Origin: an uncultured virus (IMG/VR IMGVR_UViG_3300011114_000961)
Lineage: Duplodnaviria; Heunggongvirae; Uroviricota; Caudoviricetes
Length of the DNA stretch: 64,000 bases
Virus record (IMG/VR): IMGVR_UViG_3300011114_000961
Coordinates: 1-64,000 of that record
Strand: one strand, 5' to 3'
The notes below the pieces were generated by a model, which ran no database searches, was not told where the DNA came from, and worked only from the letters and a program-made list of their open reading frames with translations. Below, in pieces: positions 26,738-37,347 of this stretch; the stretch's first letter is position 1; the number at the start of each line of letters is the position of its first letter. The translations under genes and the position numbers were made by a program.

Positions 26738-29700
26738 ATGGCACAACCAGTTTGGATTTCTGAAGCAGGTCTTTTGGGAGTTATTCCCGAAGGAGTATTT
26801 TATCAGTCTACTTTGGTTGCAGCCACTGATGCATTGCCATTGAACGTCACATGCACTGCCACAGATGCAGTGACCAATACCATAACTTGCAACAGTACCG
26901 AAGGACTGTATCAAGATATCAATGTGATGTTTGAAGGTGCAGTATTCGGCGGTTTAGATCCTTATGTAAGATATTTTGTGTTGGATGTGATCAGCAGCAC
27001 AAAATTTAGAATTACCACAACAGAATTTAGCAATGTTCCATTACAATTGACCACAGCAACAGGAGTCATGACTCCGGTGTTTAGGCAACATGTTTATTTT
27101 GCTCTCATAGCCGGAAATTTGCCGTTGGGTATTCAATGTGCAGACAATGGGTTGATTGTTGGAGTACCACAGGCTGTGGCCAGTTTGCAAGGTGTGCCAT
27201 TTCAGGTCAACAGAGATGTGGTCAGCAAATTTGCCATTCGAGCATATACCAAACTTGCCAACGGTTCAACTGATCGTATAAAAGATCGAACATTTGAATT
27301 GGTAGTCACTGGCAACAATGTACCTGATTTTATTACACCACCTGGATCCATTGGTACATTTTATGACAGCGATCGTGTGGAGTTTCAGTTTGAAATTTTA
27401 GGGACTGACCCTGGCGATACCAACATAGTCACGTTGGTATCGGGTGAATTGCCCGGTGGACTTTCTATCTCGCCCTTGGGGCTATTGTCAGGCTATATTG
27501 CACCCAGTGTCAATGTTGATAAACCGCCAGGATATGATCTCACACCAGATTTCACTGTGCCATACGATTTTATATTCAGTGCTATCAACAAAAATTTTGA
27601 ATTTACATTGCAGGTGTCTGACGGCAAGAGCCAGAGCCAACGTACTTTTTACATGTATGTGTATGATCGAGCCAGTCTCACTGGCGATGACACTATATTT
27701 ACAGCTGATACTACCAGTATTACCAGTGATGAAACGCCATATCGCCGACCTTTCTTGATCAATACGTTACCTAGCGATCTTGGCAAGGTTCGAAGTGACA
27801 ACTATTATGCTCATCAATTCAGGGCCAATGATTATGACACTAGTGATTTAACTTATACCATAGCTGTAAATCAAGGATCAGGATTTGCACCTGGACTGGG
27901 ATTGGATCCAACATCTGGATGGTACTATGGTTATATTCCCAATCAAGGTGTTACAGAAGTAACATACAGTTTTAATATCTATGCTCGGCAAACTGACACA
28001 ATAGGAACGGCCATCACTTGTACTGCTACCACAGCAGGTACCAATGTGATAACTTGTACAAGCCCTACACAACTAGGTCCAGGCACAGCTATTGTATTTT
28101 CAGGTACGGTATTTGGTGGCGTGAGTTCTTCTTCAACCACAATGTATTTTGTAAACACAGTGGTCAGCGTCAATGAATTTATCACTGAATTTACAGTGAC
28201 CGCAAACATGATGCTCAATCCCAACTATCCAGGAGAGCTACCAGTTTACATACCTGATGGCAACCCTGTGATTTTGACAACAGCATCGGGCTCAATGACT
28301 GCCAGCCTGGTGGTGCCCAGTGATCCATATCCGTTTACCATCACAGTAGTGGGCGAAGTTGATACTGAAGTTACCTGGAATACACCTGCTGATTTGGGCG
28401 TGATTGAAAATGGATCTACCAGTATACTCAAAATTGAAGCGGTCAATCGCGGTGGTAGAGAATTATCTTACAGGTTGAAAAGTGGAGCCTATAATTTGTT
28501 ACCGCAAGGACTTGAACTACTTCCCTCTGGAGACATAGTAGGCAGAACCACTTTTAATACATTTGCTATAGATTTAGGAAATACTACATTTGATAAAAAT
28601 CAGGCATCTTTACTAAACACCTCCATTGGCGAAACTGTGTTTGATACCAAATTTACCTTTACTGTCAATGCCTATGCTGTGGACACAGGTCAACCCACAT
28701 ATGACGTGGTGGGGGTCACAGTGGCCGACGGCGGATCTGGATACAGCAATGTAAACCCACCTGTATTGCAATTTAACTCACCAATTGGTGCTACGGCACA
28801 ACCGGCTGTGGCTGGTGTTGTGACACTGGATGGTGGCGTGATTACTGCGGTAGCAATAGATGATTTCGGGGCTGGATACACCGAACCAGCTACGTTGACA
28901 ATAACAGCTGGTTACGGTGGATCTGGTGCTGTGTTAACTCCGGTCATGCGGTTGACTGGAGCAGTGGATGTGGTCAGTGTGTTCAAAACATTCACAGTCA
29001 CAGTAAATAGAGTATACAACAAACCTTATCAAAATCTCAGTGTGCAGGCCATGCCACCGTTGAATGACCGAGTATTGATAGACAGTTTACTAAGCAACGA
29101 CACTATTTTTGTTCCTGATTACATTTACAGGCCCGATGATCCAAATTTTGGCAAGAGCCGTCGAGTGATTTATCAACATGCATTTGGCCTGGCGCCAGAC
29201 TCTTTGGATACCTATGTCGGCAGCTTGTACGAAAATCACTATTGGAAAAATTTAGTACTGGGCGAAATTGCAACTGCACAGGCAACTGATGAACTTGGCA
29301 ACGTAATATACGAAGTGGTCTATTCACGCATAATTGACGATCTTACCAATGCAGCCGGACAAAGTGTAAGCAAGATTGTGGCGTTGCCTTATGCAATTAC
29401 AGATCCTGCAGATGGCAGCAGTCAAATCAATGTGGTCTACCCCAACAGTTTGCAAAACATGCGAGATCAAGTGATTGATGTGGTAGGACAAATTTCCAAT
29501 AAATTGCCATTATGGATGACCAGCAAACAAGCCAATGGTCGAGTGTTGGGATTTACGCCAGCTTGGGTAATATGCTATACACAGCCCAATCGTTCTAAAC
29601 AAATTGCCTATTACATACAAACACAATTTGGAGTGCAACTGAATCAAGTAGATTTCAAAGTAGATCGATACGTACTTGATTCTACCTTGAGTAAAAACTG

Positions 29701-30643
29701 GGATACCGCCACACAAGATTGGACGCCAAAGCCCAGCTTGACCACATTCGATCGTTACGCCAGTATAGATCTTCAAGCGTTGGGACCGGTCACTTACGCC
29801 ACTCGCCTGGCATTTACCGATGTCAATGCCAGATCAATTGATTATATCAATAATTTAGGTGGCATCGACGGGCTAATTAACGCTGCACTTATTGATGGTG
29901 CCACATTGATTTTTGCCAAACAAGAAGCATTTGATGATTATGCTACCACAGATGATGCCTGGCAATATTATACTGCCACCTACAGCAGCGGACCATATGC
30001 TCCAGAAACTCCGGGCACAGGATACGATGCCTCAACCACAGTGGCCGGCGGCAGCACAGTATCATGTACAGCCACTGTGGCAGCAACTGATCGTGTGACT
30101 TGTGTTAGCACAGTTGGCATGACTGCTGGAGACGCAATATGGTTTACCGGCGATGATCTGTCAGGCTTGGTGTCAGGCACTACCGATGCCTTAACTGGAA
30201 TAATTACTGCATTCAATATTTTAACTGTAGACGATCTTACACATTTTACGTTAGAAGATCCGGCCAATCCAGGAACTGCGTATGCATTGTCAAATGCCAG
30301 TGGATCAATGACTGCTGGGTTTAATAATCAACGCATGGGAATTTGGCTGGTATCTGTGAGTTCTGAAGGCATAGTGACATTGACTCTAAGTCAACAAACT
30401 GGGCAAAATCAATATGTGACTGTTGACCAAGGAGTGCAATATCATGGCACTCAATTGTACTTTGCTGGTAGTCCTCCGCCGGGACTGACTCGTGTGACAT
30501 GGACCACAGTGACGGAAAGTTCTAGCACACAAACTATATTTGACGAAGGCAGCGTGGCCTGGATTGAACCCGTGGATATGTATGATCCAACAGATACCTA
30601 TGATAAATATCTGGTATTTCCCAAGGCTAATATCTTGGTTTAA
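26738..30643 (+). CDS. large structural protein with Ig-like repeats
   Basis: W.TP.G.LG...SG.LP.GL.L...G.I.G repeats; three [IV][TS]CTAT inserts. Confidence 0.8.
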   Translation: MAQPVWISEAGLLGVIPEGVFYQSTLVAATDALPLNVTCTATDAVTNTITCNSTEGLYQDINVMFEGAVFGGLDPYVRYFVLDVISSTKFRITTTEFSNVPLQLTTATGVMTPVFRQHVYFALIAGNLPLGIQCADNGLIVGVPQAVASLQGVPFQVNRDVVSKFAIRAYTKLANGSTDRIKDRTFELVVTGNNVPDFITPPGSIGTFYDSDRVEFQFEILGTDPGDTNIVTLVSGELPGGLSISPLGLLSGYIAPSVNVDKPPGYDLTPDFTVPYDFIFSAINKNFEFTLQVSDGKSQSQRTFYMYVYDRASLTGDDTIFTADTTSITSDETPYRRPFLINTLPSDLGKVRSDNYYAHQFRANDYDTSDLTYTIAVNQGSGFAPGLGLDPTSGWYYGYIPNQGVTEVTYSFNIYARQTDTIGTAITCTATTAGTNVITCTSPTQLGPGTAIVFSGTVFGGVSSSSTTMYFVNTVVSVNEFITEFTVTANMMLNPNYPGELPVYIPDGNPVILTTASGSMTASLVVPSDPYPFTITVVGEVDTEVTWNTPADLGVIENGSTSILKIEAVNRGGRELSYRLKSGAYNLLPQGLELLPSGDIVGRTTFNTFAIDLGNTTFDKNQASLLNTSIGETVFDTKFTFTVNAYAVDTGQPTYDVVGVTVADGGSGYSNVNPPVLQFNSPIGATAQPAVAGVVTLDGGVITAVAIDDFGAGYTEPATLTITAGYGGSGAVLTPVMRLTGAVDVVSVFKTFTVTVNRVYNKPYQNLSVQAMPPLNDRVLIDSLLSNDTIFVPDYIYRPDDPNFGKSRRVIYQHAFGLAPDSLDTYVGSLYENHYWKNLVLGEIATAQATDELGNVIYEVVYSRIIDDLTNAAGQSVSKIVALPYAITDPADGSSQINVVYPNSLQNMRDQVIDVVGQISNKLPLWMTSKQANGRVLGFTPAWVICYTQPNRSKQIAYYIQTQFGVQLNQVDFKVDRYVLDSTLSKNWDTATQDWTPKPSLTTFDRYASIDLQALGPVTYATRLAFTDVNARSIDYINNLGGIDGLINAALIDGATLIFAKQEAFDDYATTDDAWQYYTATYSSGPYAPETPGTGYDASTTVAGGSTVSCTATVAATDRVTCVSTVGMTAGDAIWFTGDDLSGLVSGTTDALTGIITAFNILTVDDLTHFTLEDPANPGTAYALSNASGSMTAGFNNQRMGIWLVSVSSEGIVTLTLSQQTGQNQYVTVDQGVQYHGTQLYFAGSPPPGLTRVTWTTVTESSSTQTIFDEGSVAWIEPVDMYDPTDTYDKYLVFPKANILV

Positions 30644-30655
30644 CCTGCAAACAAT

Positions 30656-31555
30656 ATGACAAGTAGCATCAACCCAAACCTCATCAATGGATCGTATCCG
30701 GTAGCTGGACAAGACAACAGCACCAAAGGCATGCGCGATAATTTTACCAATATCAAAACTAATTTTGAGTATGCTGCGTCCGAAATTACTGCATTACAAT
30801 CCAACACAGTGACCACTGGTGCCGGAGTTACCAATAATTTTGCCGGAGCATTGTTGATAGATGGTCAGATGCGAGATTTCTCTGCCACACGCTATGCTAT
30901 TGGTACCACAAGTGGCACAGTCACAATCGATTATGCCAATGGGCATTATCAGACATTGACCACATCAGGGTCGGTTACGTTGGCATTCAACAACTTTCCA
31001 GCAGCAGCACAGCAAGGTTGGCTCATAGTGCGTGTGACCGTGGCCAGCACTGCACACACTTTGACACTGCCAAGTGCAGTAGGCACTGGCGCCAGCGCCG
31101 CATCTGTGCTGGGCATACAGGGCATTGCTAGCAATGTGATCACATTTGCAGAAACCGGCACATATGAATTTCAATTCCACACAGATGATGGTGGCACAAC
31201 CATTTATCTCAGCGAACTCACTAGACCACGCAACAGATTTATCAATCCACTGTTCTTGACTGGCAGTGAAGATCTTGCAGCTAGTGCTGCTGCCAGTTTG
31301 ACAAAAACTACCAGTTATTTTACCACAGCCGCTGCCGAAACAGCCACATTGGCAGCAGGTACAACAGGGCAAATCAAAGTATTCAGCGCAGTGGCCATTG
31401 CGTCAGGCAACATGGTCATCACAGTGGCCAATGCTGGCTGGAAAGCCAGTGGCACAGGAACCATCACATTTGCCACACTTGGTTGTGGCTGCACATTACA
31501 ATATACCAATTCCAAATGGTTTTGCATTGGTAACAATGGCTGCACGTTTGCGTAA
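30656..31555 (+). CDS. structural protein, paralog of downstream gene
   Basis: SSINPNLINGSYPVAGQDNSTKGMRDNFTNIKTNF. Confidence 0.8.
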   Translation: MTSSINPNLINGSYPVAGQDNSTKGMRDNFTNIKTNFEYAASEITALQSNTVTTGAGVTNNFAGALLIDGQMRDFSATRYAIGTTSGTVTIDYANGHYQTLTTSGSVTLAFNNFPAAAQQGWLIVRVTVASTAHTLTLPSAVGTGASAASVLGIQGIASNVITFAETGTYEFQFHTDDGGTTIYLSELTRPRNRFINPLFLTGSEDLAASAAASLTKTTSYFTTAAAETATLAAGTTGQIKVFSAVAIASGNMVITVANAGWKASGTGTITFATLGCGCTLQYTNSKWFCIGNNGCTFA

Positions 31556-31572
31556 TTGCACAAGGATCTAGA

Positions 31573-32973
31573 ATGTCAAGTAACATCAACCCAAATATCA
31601 TCGACGGAGCATACCCGGTGGCCGGACAGGACAACAACAGTCAAGGCTTCCGTGATAATTTTACCAATACCAAAACCAATTTCCAATATGCAGAAAATGA
31701 AATCAATGACCTTCAATCCAAAGTCATACTCAAAGCTGCATTGACTGGCACCACCTTGGACAACAACATGAATGATGCGCTGTTGGTGGGTGCTCAATTG
31801 CAAGATATCAGTGAAGTAAAAACAGCACTCACTACCACCAGCGGAACAGTCACTGTTGATTACACTACTGCGCCTTATCAAACTGTCAGTACCACAGGTA
31901 ACATCACGTTAGCATTTAGTAATTTTCCGCCCACTGGACAATACGGCTATGTGAAAGTGCAAATAAACATAACTGATATAACGCACACAGTAACATTGCC
32001 GGCTGCTGTCACGCTGGGCACTGGCGGTATTCAAGGATATTCTGCAGGAGTAATTACTTTCAGTAGTACTGGCTATTATGAGTTTGCTTTTGGCACCTAT
32101 GACGCCGGCACCACTATTACTATATTTGATTTGAATCGTGCATTGACCAATTTCACATCATTCTCTGTGGTTTCTTTTACTGCAACAGGTAACATTGCTG
32201 GCGGCAACGTATCAACTGGCGGAATTGTCAGCGCCACAGGTAACATTGCTGGCGGCAACGTATCAACTGGCGGAATTGTCAGCGCCACAGGCAATGTCAC
32301 AGGCGGCAACGTAACAGGGTTGATTCGTCCCGTGGCTGGTACAGTGACCAATGCGCCGATTGTGTACACTTCTGGTGTCAACCTCACTTCGGCCATTGCA
32401 GGTGCCCAAGAATATGATGGACAAGTGTTCTACGGAACTGCACAATCAAGTCAACGTGGGGTGATGCCCACTGAGCATTTTATTGTGTTGACCACCGACT
32501 ATGTTGGCAGTGACGTGAGCACTGCTCAATCAGTGTTTAATTCGCCAGCCAGCGGAACAATCACTTTGCCAGGCAGCACCAGTTACTTTTTGGAAGCAGT
32601 GTACTATATCACTAGAGCAGCCGGCACTACCAGTCATACATTAAGTACACTATTTGCGTTGGGCGGCACATTGACCAGCATTGCATACACAGCCGATACC
32701 ACATCAACCACCGGCAATGCATTAGGAACCGTAAGCCGAATCTACGCCACAGGTGCCACTGCAACTGCGGTCACAGCAGCTTCTACCACAGCCACAGAAA
32801 ATATCACAGTGACCATCAGAGGCGTGGTTCGTACCAACACAGCCGGCTCATTCACTCCGCAAATAAAATACAGTGCAGCACCCGGTGGCGCTCCTACCAT
32901 ATTGGCCAACAGTTATTTAAAATTAACTCCAATTGGTACTAATACAGTTGCATCTGTGGGCAACTGGAGTTAA
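31573..32973 (+). CDS. structural protein
   Basis: SSNINPNIIDGAYPVAGQDNNSQGFRDNFTNTKTNF; GNIAGGN repeats. Confidence 0.8.
   Translation: MSSNINPNIIDGAYPVAGQDNNSQGFRDNFTNTKTNFQYAENEINDLQSKVILKAALTGTTLDNNMNDALLVGAQLQDISEVKTALTTTSGTVTVDYTTAPYQTVSTTGNITLAFSNFPPTGQYGYVKVQINITDITHTVTLPAAVTLGTGGIQGYSAGVITFSSTGYYEFAFGTYDAGTTITIFDLNRALTNFTSFSVVSFTATGNIAGGNVSTGGIVSATGNIAGGNVSTGGIVSATGNVTGGNVTGLIRPVAGTVTNAPIVYTSGVNLTSAIAGAQEYDGQVFYGTAQSSQRGVMPTEHFIVLTTDYVGSDVSTAQSVFNSPASGTITLPGSTSYFLEAVYYITRAAGTTSHTLSTLFALGGTLTSIAYTADTTSTTGNALGTVSRIYATGATATAVTAASTTATENITVTIRGVVRTNTAGSFTPQIKYSAAPGGAPTILANSYLKLTPIGTNTVASVGNWS
32185..32291 (+). repeat. perfect 51-nt tandem duplication
   Basis: ACAGGTAACATTGCTGGCGGCAACGTATCAACTGGCGGAATTGTCAGCGCC x2. 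Confidence 0.9.
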
Positions 32974-32982
32974 CCTTAACGG

Positions 32983-33011
32983 TTGACTTCAAGTGCATTT
33001 TGTAGTAAACT
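32983..33011 (+). promoter_or_regulatory. sigma70-type promoter
   Basis: TTGACT-N17-TAAACT; ATG 6 nt downstream. Confidence 0.7.
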
Positions 33012-33017
33012 TGCACA

Positions 33018-33254
33018 ATGGAACATCCTTTAATTGGTAATCTCGACTCACTGACTGTTGAAGATCTCAGCAAAAAGATCACTGACCTCAATAACAAATT
33101 GAGCATTGCCATGCGAACTGGCAACGGGCATCTGTGCAACCAAATCAGGATGGCAGTTGAAAGTTACCAAACCAAGTATCAAGAAAAAGTTCAAGAAACT
33201 TATCGTAAGCAAATTGAAGACAGCAATTTTAACAGCAAGATTGATATCAAATGA
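33018..33254 (+). CDS. hypothetical coiled-coil protein
   Basis: first ORF of operon. Confidence 0.75.
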   Translation: MEHPLIGNLDSLTVEDLSKKITDLNNKLSIAMRTGNGHLCNQIRMAVESYQTKYQEKVQETYRKQIEDSNFNSKIDIK

Positions 33255-33847
33255 ACGTGCGACTCTACTATGAAACTGCCTTTTTAGCAGGTGTGTATTT
33301 TGATGATCGATTACAGATGAATTCTTATAACGTGGGTATGAATCTACTCACACGTACATTGGACTCTGCCAACAGCAACATAGCCCTGGAAAGAGTCAAA
33401 ACGTTCGTAGACGGACTCAACAGCACAGTTTTTATAAATTCTTGCTGGCCCGACCATGAAGAAATAATGAACCAAATGGGTATTGATGTTACCACACTAC
33501 CTGAAGAACCAGTTGATCAGATTGTTGGTATGATGTTATACTACAAACTCAATGCTATCATGGAAGGGCGTATGGAAATAACACAATTGGAACTGAGTTC
33601 AAGCCTTGGTGACAATGTGTGCTATCTGCATGACGAAGAAGATCCCATTGGGCCATTTCATCAAACGGGTTGGTGGAACGATTCCACGGCCATCCGCACA
33701 AAAAATGTGCCATCTGATACCAAAACCAACATAGTCAAAATCAAACATAAAAATTGGAGAGAGTTTGGACTTGACTGGCCAGATACAGAATCCAAAGATG
33801 TTGCCAACACCGTGGTGTACGCCAACTTTACCAAAAATGAAAACTAA
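33251..33847 (+). CDS. hypothetical protein
   Basis: ATGA overlap. Confidence 0.75.
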   Translation: MNVRLYYETAFLAGVYFDDRLQMNSYNVGMNLLTRTLDSANSNIALERVKTFVDGLNSTVFINSCWPDHEEIMNQMGIDVTTLPEEPVDQIVGMMLYYKLNAIMEGRMEITQLELSSSLGDNVCYLHDEEDPIGPFHQTGWWNDSTAIRTKNVPSDTKTNIVKIKHKNWREFGLDWPDTESKDVANTVVYANFTKNEN

Positions 33848-34349
33848 CTGTCACGGGCAAATGATTTTTGATCAAACTGATCTTGTGAATCAGCTGATGC
33901 AGGGCAATCAGCAGTTTGCTGGATACACAGTTGACGATTCGGTGAATTTGTCAGCAGCGGCAGATATATTACAAAATATCCCAGCTTTTGAAATCTATAA
34001 TAAAGATGTGGAATCTATATCCACAGAACAATTTGATCAACAGTGCCAGCAAAATTGGCACATGCCTGCAGAATACAAAACGTTGGATATTGCAGAGTTG
34101 GTGTTGAGCTGCTGCAACAACAACGATGAATTGCAACGATGTGGGCAAGAATTGTTGTTGTATCAAGAACGCAACTTGTTTGACCTATTGCGTTACTTGA
34201 AATACCTAGTGGACACAATGACTCAGAATCAAGTGATCTGGGGTGTGGGCCGAGGCAGTAGTGTGGCCAGTTATGTGTTGTACAAATTGGGAGTGCATCG
34301 CATTGACAGTTTGCATTATAATTTAGACGTCGCTGAATTTTTGCGTTAA
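33837..34349 (+). CDS. DNA polymerase III alpha (DnaE)-like fragment
   Basis: RCGQELLLY...LRYLKYLVD...WGVGRGSSVASYVLYKLGVHRID. Confidence 0.8.
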   Translation: MKTNCHGQMIFDQTDLVNQLMQGNQQFAGYTVDDSVNLSAAADILQNIPAFEIYNKDVESISTEQFDQQCQQNWHMPAEYKTLDIAELVLSCCNNNDELQRCGQELLLYQERNLFDLLRYLKYLVDTMTQNQVIWGVGRGSSVASYVLYKLGVHRIDSLHYNLDVAEFLR

Positions 34350-34371
34350 ATATTGTTTTAGGAGGTACACA

Positions 34372-34584
34372 ATGTCAAAAGATATATACAAAAGCGCCAA
34401 TGGCAAAGCAGTAGACATGGGTGCATTGCGTCAACGAAATGAAAAGGTTCGTGCTGTGGGCAATATGAAAGTGAATGCTCGCGGAGATCTGGTCAATGAT
34501 GACAATGAAATAATTCAAGCACGAAATCAACAAATCAACAATCAATACAACAAGCAAGTTCAAAACACCAGAGGACATCAATGA
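34372..34584 (+). CDS. hypothetical protein
   Basis: TAAATA plus AGGAGG SD. Confidence 0.75.
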   Translation: MSKDIYKSANGKAVDMGALRQRNEKVRAVGNMKVNARGDLVNDDNEIIQARNQQINNQYNKQVQNTRGHQ

Positions 34585-34982
34585 TCAAAGCAGCATACGC
34601 ACCACATGAAATAAAACGCAGTCAACTTCGCCCATTGGGAGAATCTGTGATTGTGAGCGAAATGGTATTTGATGTGCGTCTCAGTACTGGTGGTATTATT
34701 ATTCCCAGCGACAATGGCAAAAGCACCGGAATTCGTCCGCGGTGGGGTCGAGTGTATGCTGTGGGCCCTGAACAAAAAGACGTTGTTGAAGGTCAATGGG
34801 TGTGCGTAGAGCACGGCCGCTGGACCCGAGGCATTGACATAGAAGATGAATCGGGCAAGGTCACTTTGCGAAGAGTGGATCCCAAAGACATCATGATGGT
34901 GTCTGACGAGGCGCCAGCCGACGACACATTCTCTACTGCTATACATGTAGAGGCCAAACCCACATACATGCAACACAACTGA
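34581..34982 (+). CDS. GroES-like co-chaperonin
   Basis: LRPLGESVIV...STGGIIIP...GRVYAVGP...V.EG..V. Confidence 0.8.
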   Translation: MIKAAYAPHEIKRSQLRPLGESVIVSEMVFDVRLSTGGIIIPSDNGKSTGIRPRWGRVYAVGPEQKDVVEGQWVCVEHGRWTRGIDIEDESGKVTLRRVDPKDIMMVSDEAPADDTFSTAIHVEAKPTYMQHN

Positions 34983-35245
34983 TGATAAAGAATTGGAATG
35001 CTGATGAGATCATTGGCAAACTACAAAGAATTTATTTTGCCACTTCGGATCCTAACATGGACGGTTTTACCACTTGGGGTTGCAAACAAGATTTATATCG
35101 TATACAATTTGCACTAGAAGACATGTTGAAGCGGTGTCCAACTTATGCTCCTGAGCAAGAATGGTTGGAACAGCAACAGTTGGAGCGCGACCAAACGCAA
35201 ATGTGGTCAATTTTAAATTCAAAAAATCTAGGTAACAATCAATGA
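34982..35245 (+). CDS. hypothetical protein
   Basis: tight packing. Confidence 0.7.
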   Translation: MIKNWNADEIIGKLQRIYFATSDPNMDGFTTWGCKQDLYRIQFALEDMLKRCPTYAPEQEWLEQQQLERDQTQMWSILNSKNLGNNQ

Positions 35246-36165
35246 AACAACTCTGGGTAGAACAGTATCGTCCCGACACCATGGACGGCTATGTGTTTGT
35301 GGATGATCAACAACGCGATCAAGTGAAACAATGGATACAAGATGGCAGCATTCCGCATCTCATGCTGAGTGGGTCAGCAGGCACAGGTAAAACTACTCTG
35401 GCCAAGCTGCTGATCAATGAATTAGGTGTTGACGAATATGATGTGATGTACGCCAATGGATCTAAAGAAGCTAGAAAAGTTGAATGGGTGGATCGACTGA
35501 TCAGCTTTTGTCAGACCATGCCATTTGGCAAATTCAAAGTGGTGTTGATTGACGAAGCAGACTACATGAATCCCAATAGTGTGCAACCTGCATTGCGTAA
35601 TCTCATGGAAGATTACAGTCAGACTGTGCGTTTTGTGTTGACTTGCAATTTCCCACACAAGATCATTGCTCCGCTGCACAGTCGGTGCCAAGGATTCCAT
35701 ATTGTCAAAACAGACCATGTGGAATTCACTGCCAGGGTTGCCACTGTGTTGGTCACAGAAAATGTGGAATTTGACATTGATACCTTAGACAGTTATGTCA
35801 AAGCCACTTACCCAGACATGCGTAAATGCCTGAATCTGCTGCAGATGAATTCACAGTCGGGCACGTTGTCAGCGCCAGGCGCAGGCGATCGCAGTGCAAG
35901 AGATTGGAAACTGGACTGTGTACACATGTTCAAGCAAGGGCAAATACGCGAAGCAAGGTCGTTGTTGTGCCAAAGTTCCAGCCCAGAGGATGTTGAAGAA
36001 ATATTTCGTTGGATGTACGACAATCTTGAATTGTGGGGCAATACTGTCGAAAAGCAAGATCAAGCCATAGTGATCATCCGTGACGGCCTGGTCAAACACA
36101 ATGCTGTGGCAGATGCCGAAATCAATTTATCGGCCACACTGATTGAATTAAGTAACATCGCATGA
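35242..36165 (+). CDS. sliding-clamp loader ATPase (T4 gp44/RFC small subunit family)
   Basis: LWVEQYRP, GSAGTGKT, IDEAD, QPALRNLME, HSRC. Confidence 0.93.
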   Translation: MKQLWVEQYRPDTMDGYVFVDDQQRDQVKQWIQDGSIPHLMLSGSAGTGKTTLAKLLINELGVDEYDVMYANGSKEARKVEWVDRLISFCQTMPFGKFKVVLIDEADYMNPNSVQPALRNLMEDYSQTVRFVLTCNFPHKIIAPLHSRCQGFHIVKTDHVEFTARVATVLVTENVEFDIDTLDSYVKATYPDMRKCLNLLQMNSQSGTLSAPGAGDRSARDWKLDCVHMFKQGQIREARSLLCQSSSPEDVEEIFRWMYDNLELWGNTVEKQDQAIVIIRDGLVKHNAVADAEINLSATLIELSNIA

Positions 36166-36464
36166 GATATCTAATACTGACTTACTACGCCAAAGCTGAT
36201 GGCAAAATGGACGAGAGCATGGCTGTGTCCAGCAGTATTAGAGCTCGAGACATTCAAACAGCCAGTGTGATATTGGATTTCAAAAAACTACAAGTGGTAA
36301 AAGCACATCTAAATGGTACCACTGTGCCAAAGGATTTCAACCGGATTGTTGAATATTATCTGCAGCATTACAAAAGTACCATTGAGCGATTGTTCAAAGA
36401 AAATGGCTATGAGATTGACTACAAAGAGACTTCTCTCAAAGCAGCGAATGATCCCGCAAGTTAA
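36162..36464 (+). CDS. hypothetical protein
   Basis: ATGA overlap; TAAGTA upstream. Confidence 0.7.
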   Translation: MRYLILTYYAKADGKMDESMAVSSSIRARDIQTASVILDFKKLQVVKAHLNGTTVPKDFNRIVEYYLQHYKSTIERLFKENGYEIDYKETSLKAANDPAS

Positions 36465-37347
36465 AGGTATCCATCTTGAGCCGACCAATATATGCACATT
36501 AAAATGTCCCGGTTGTGCCAGAACTAGATTTATCGATCAATGGCCGAAACATTGGAAAAATCACAGTCTAGATAGATCAGTGTTAATGCAGTTTCTAGAT
36601 CTTGATTTAGAGAATGTAGAAATAAACATGTGTGGTAATTATGGTGATCCAATCTATCACCAGGACCTGGCAGGAATGGTGCAGGATCTTAAAGCCCGCG
36701 GCGCAGTCATATCAATCACTACAAATGGCAGTCACCGAAAACAAAGTTGGTGGGAAAATCTGGTGAATGAGCTTTCGGCAGCTGATTGTGTGACATTCTC
36801 TATAGATGGTATTCCAGAAAATTTTACACAATACAGGATAAATGGTGATTGGGAAACAATCCAGGCGGCTGTTGAAATCTGTGCAGCAGCATCTTGCCAA
36901 ACCAAATGGAAATACATTCCTTTTTCCTTTAACGAACACAATATAGAACAGGCAAAACAACTAAGCCGAGACTTGGGAATAGATCAATTCCAAATTTCCA
37001 ACAGCGATCGATTTGATGAAGTCACCATGCATCTGAAACCTGCAGAGAACCAAATTGGAATAAGATGGCACAATCAACAAAATTGGAAACAGTCTCAAAC
37101 AATAAACAAATTAACCCCCAAATGTCATAATGGGCATGCACATTATGTTTCAGCTGATGGCCATTACACGCCATGCTGTTATGTAGGGGATCACCGATTT
37201 TATTATAAAACACAATTTGGTAAGAATAAAAAACAGTATGCCATTGAAGATACTACATTAAGTAAGATACTAGAAAAATCCGCAGTGGTTGGATTTTATA
37301 ATAACTTGATTGAGCAGTCAGCTTGTCAATACAATTGTGGAGAATAA
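36448..37347 (+). CDS. radical SAM protein
   Basis: EPTNICTLKCPGC (CxxxCxxC), GNYGDP, TTNG, FSIDG; C-terminal PCC SPASM-like region. Confidence 0.9.
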   Translation: MIPQVKGIHLEPTNICTLKCPGCARTRFIDQWPKHWKNHSLDRSVLMQFLDLDLENVEINMCGNYGDPIYHQDLAGMVQDLKARGAVISITTNGSHRKQSWWENLVNELSAADCVTFSIDGIPENFTQYRINGDWETIQAAVEICAAASCQTKWKYIPFSFNEHNIEQAKQLSRDLGIDQFQISNSDRFDEVTMHLKPAENQIGIRWHNQQNWKQSQTINKLTPKCHNGHAHYVSADGHYTPCCYVGDHRFYYKTQFGKNKKQYAIEDTTLSKILEKSAVVGFYNNLIEQSACQYNCGE

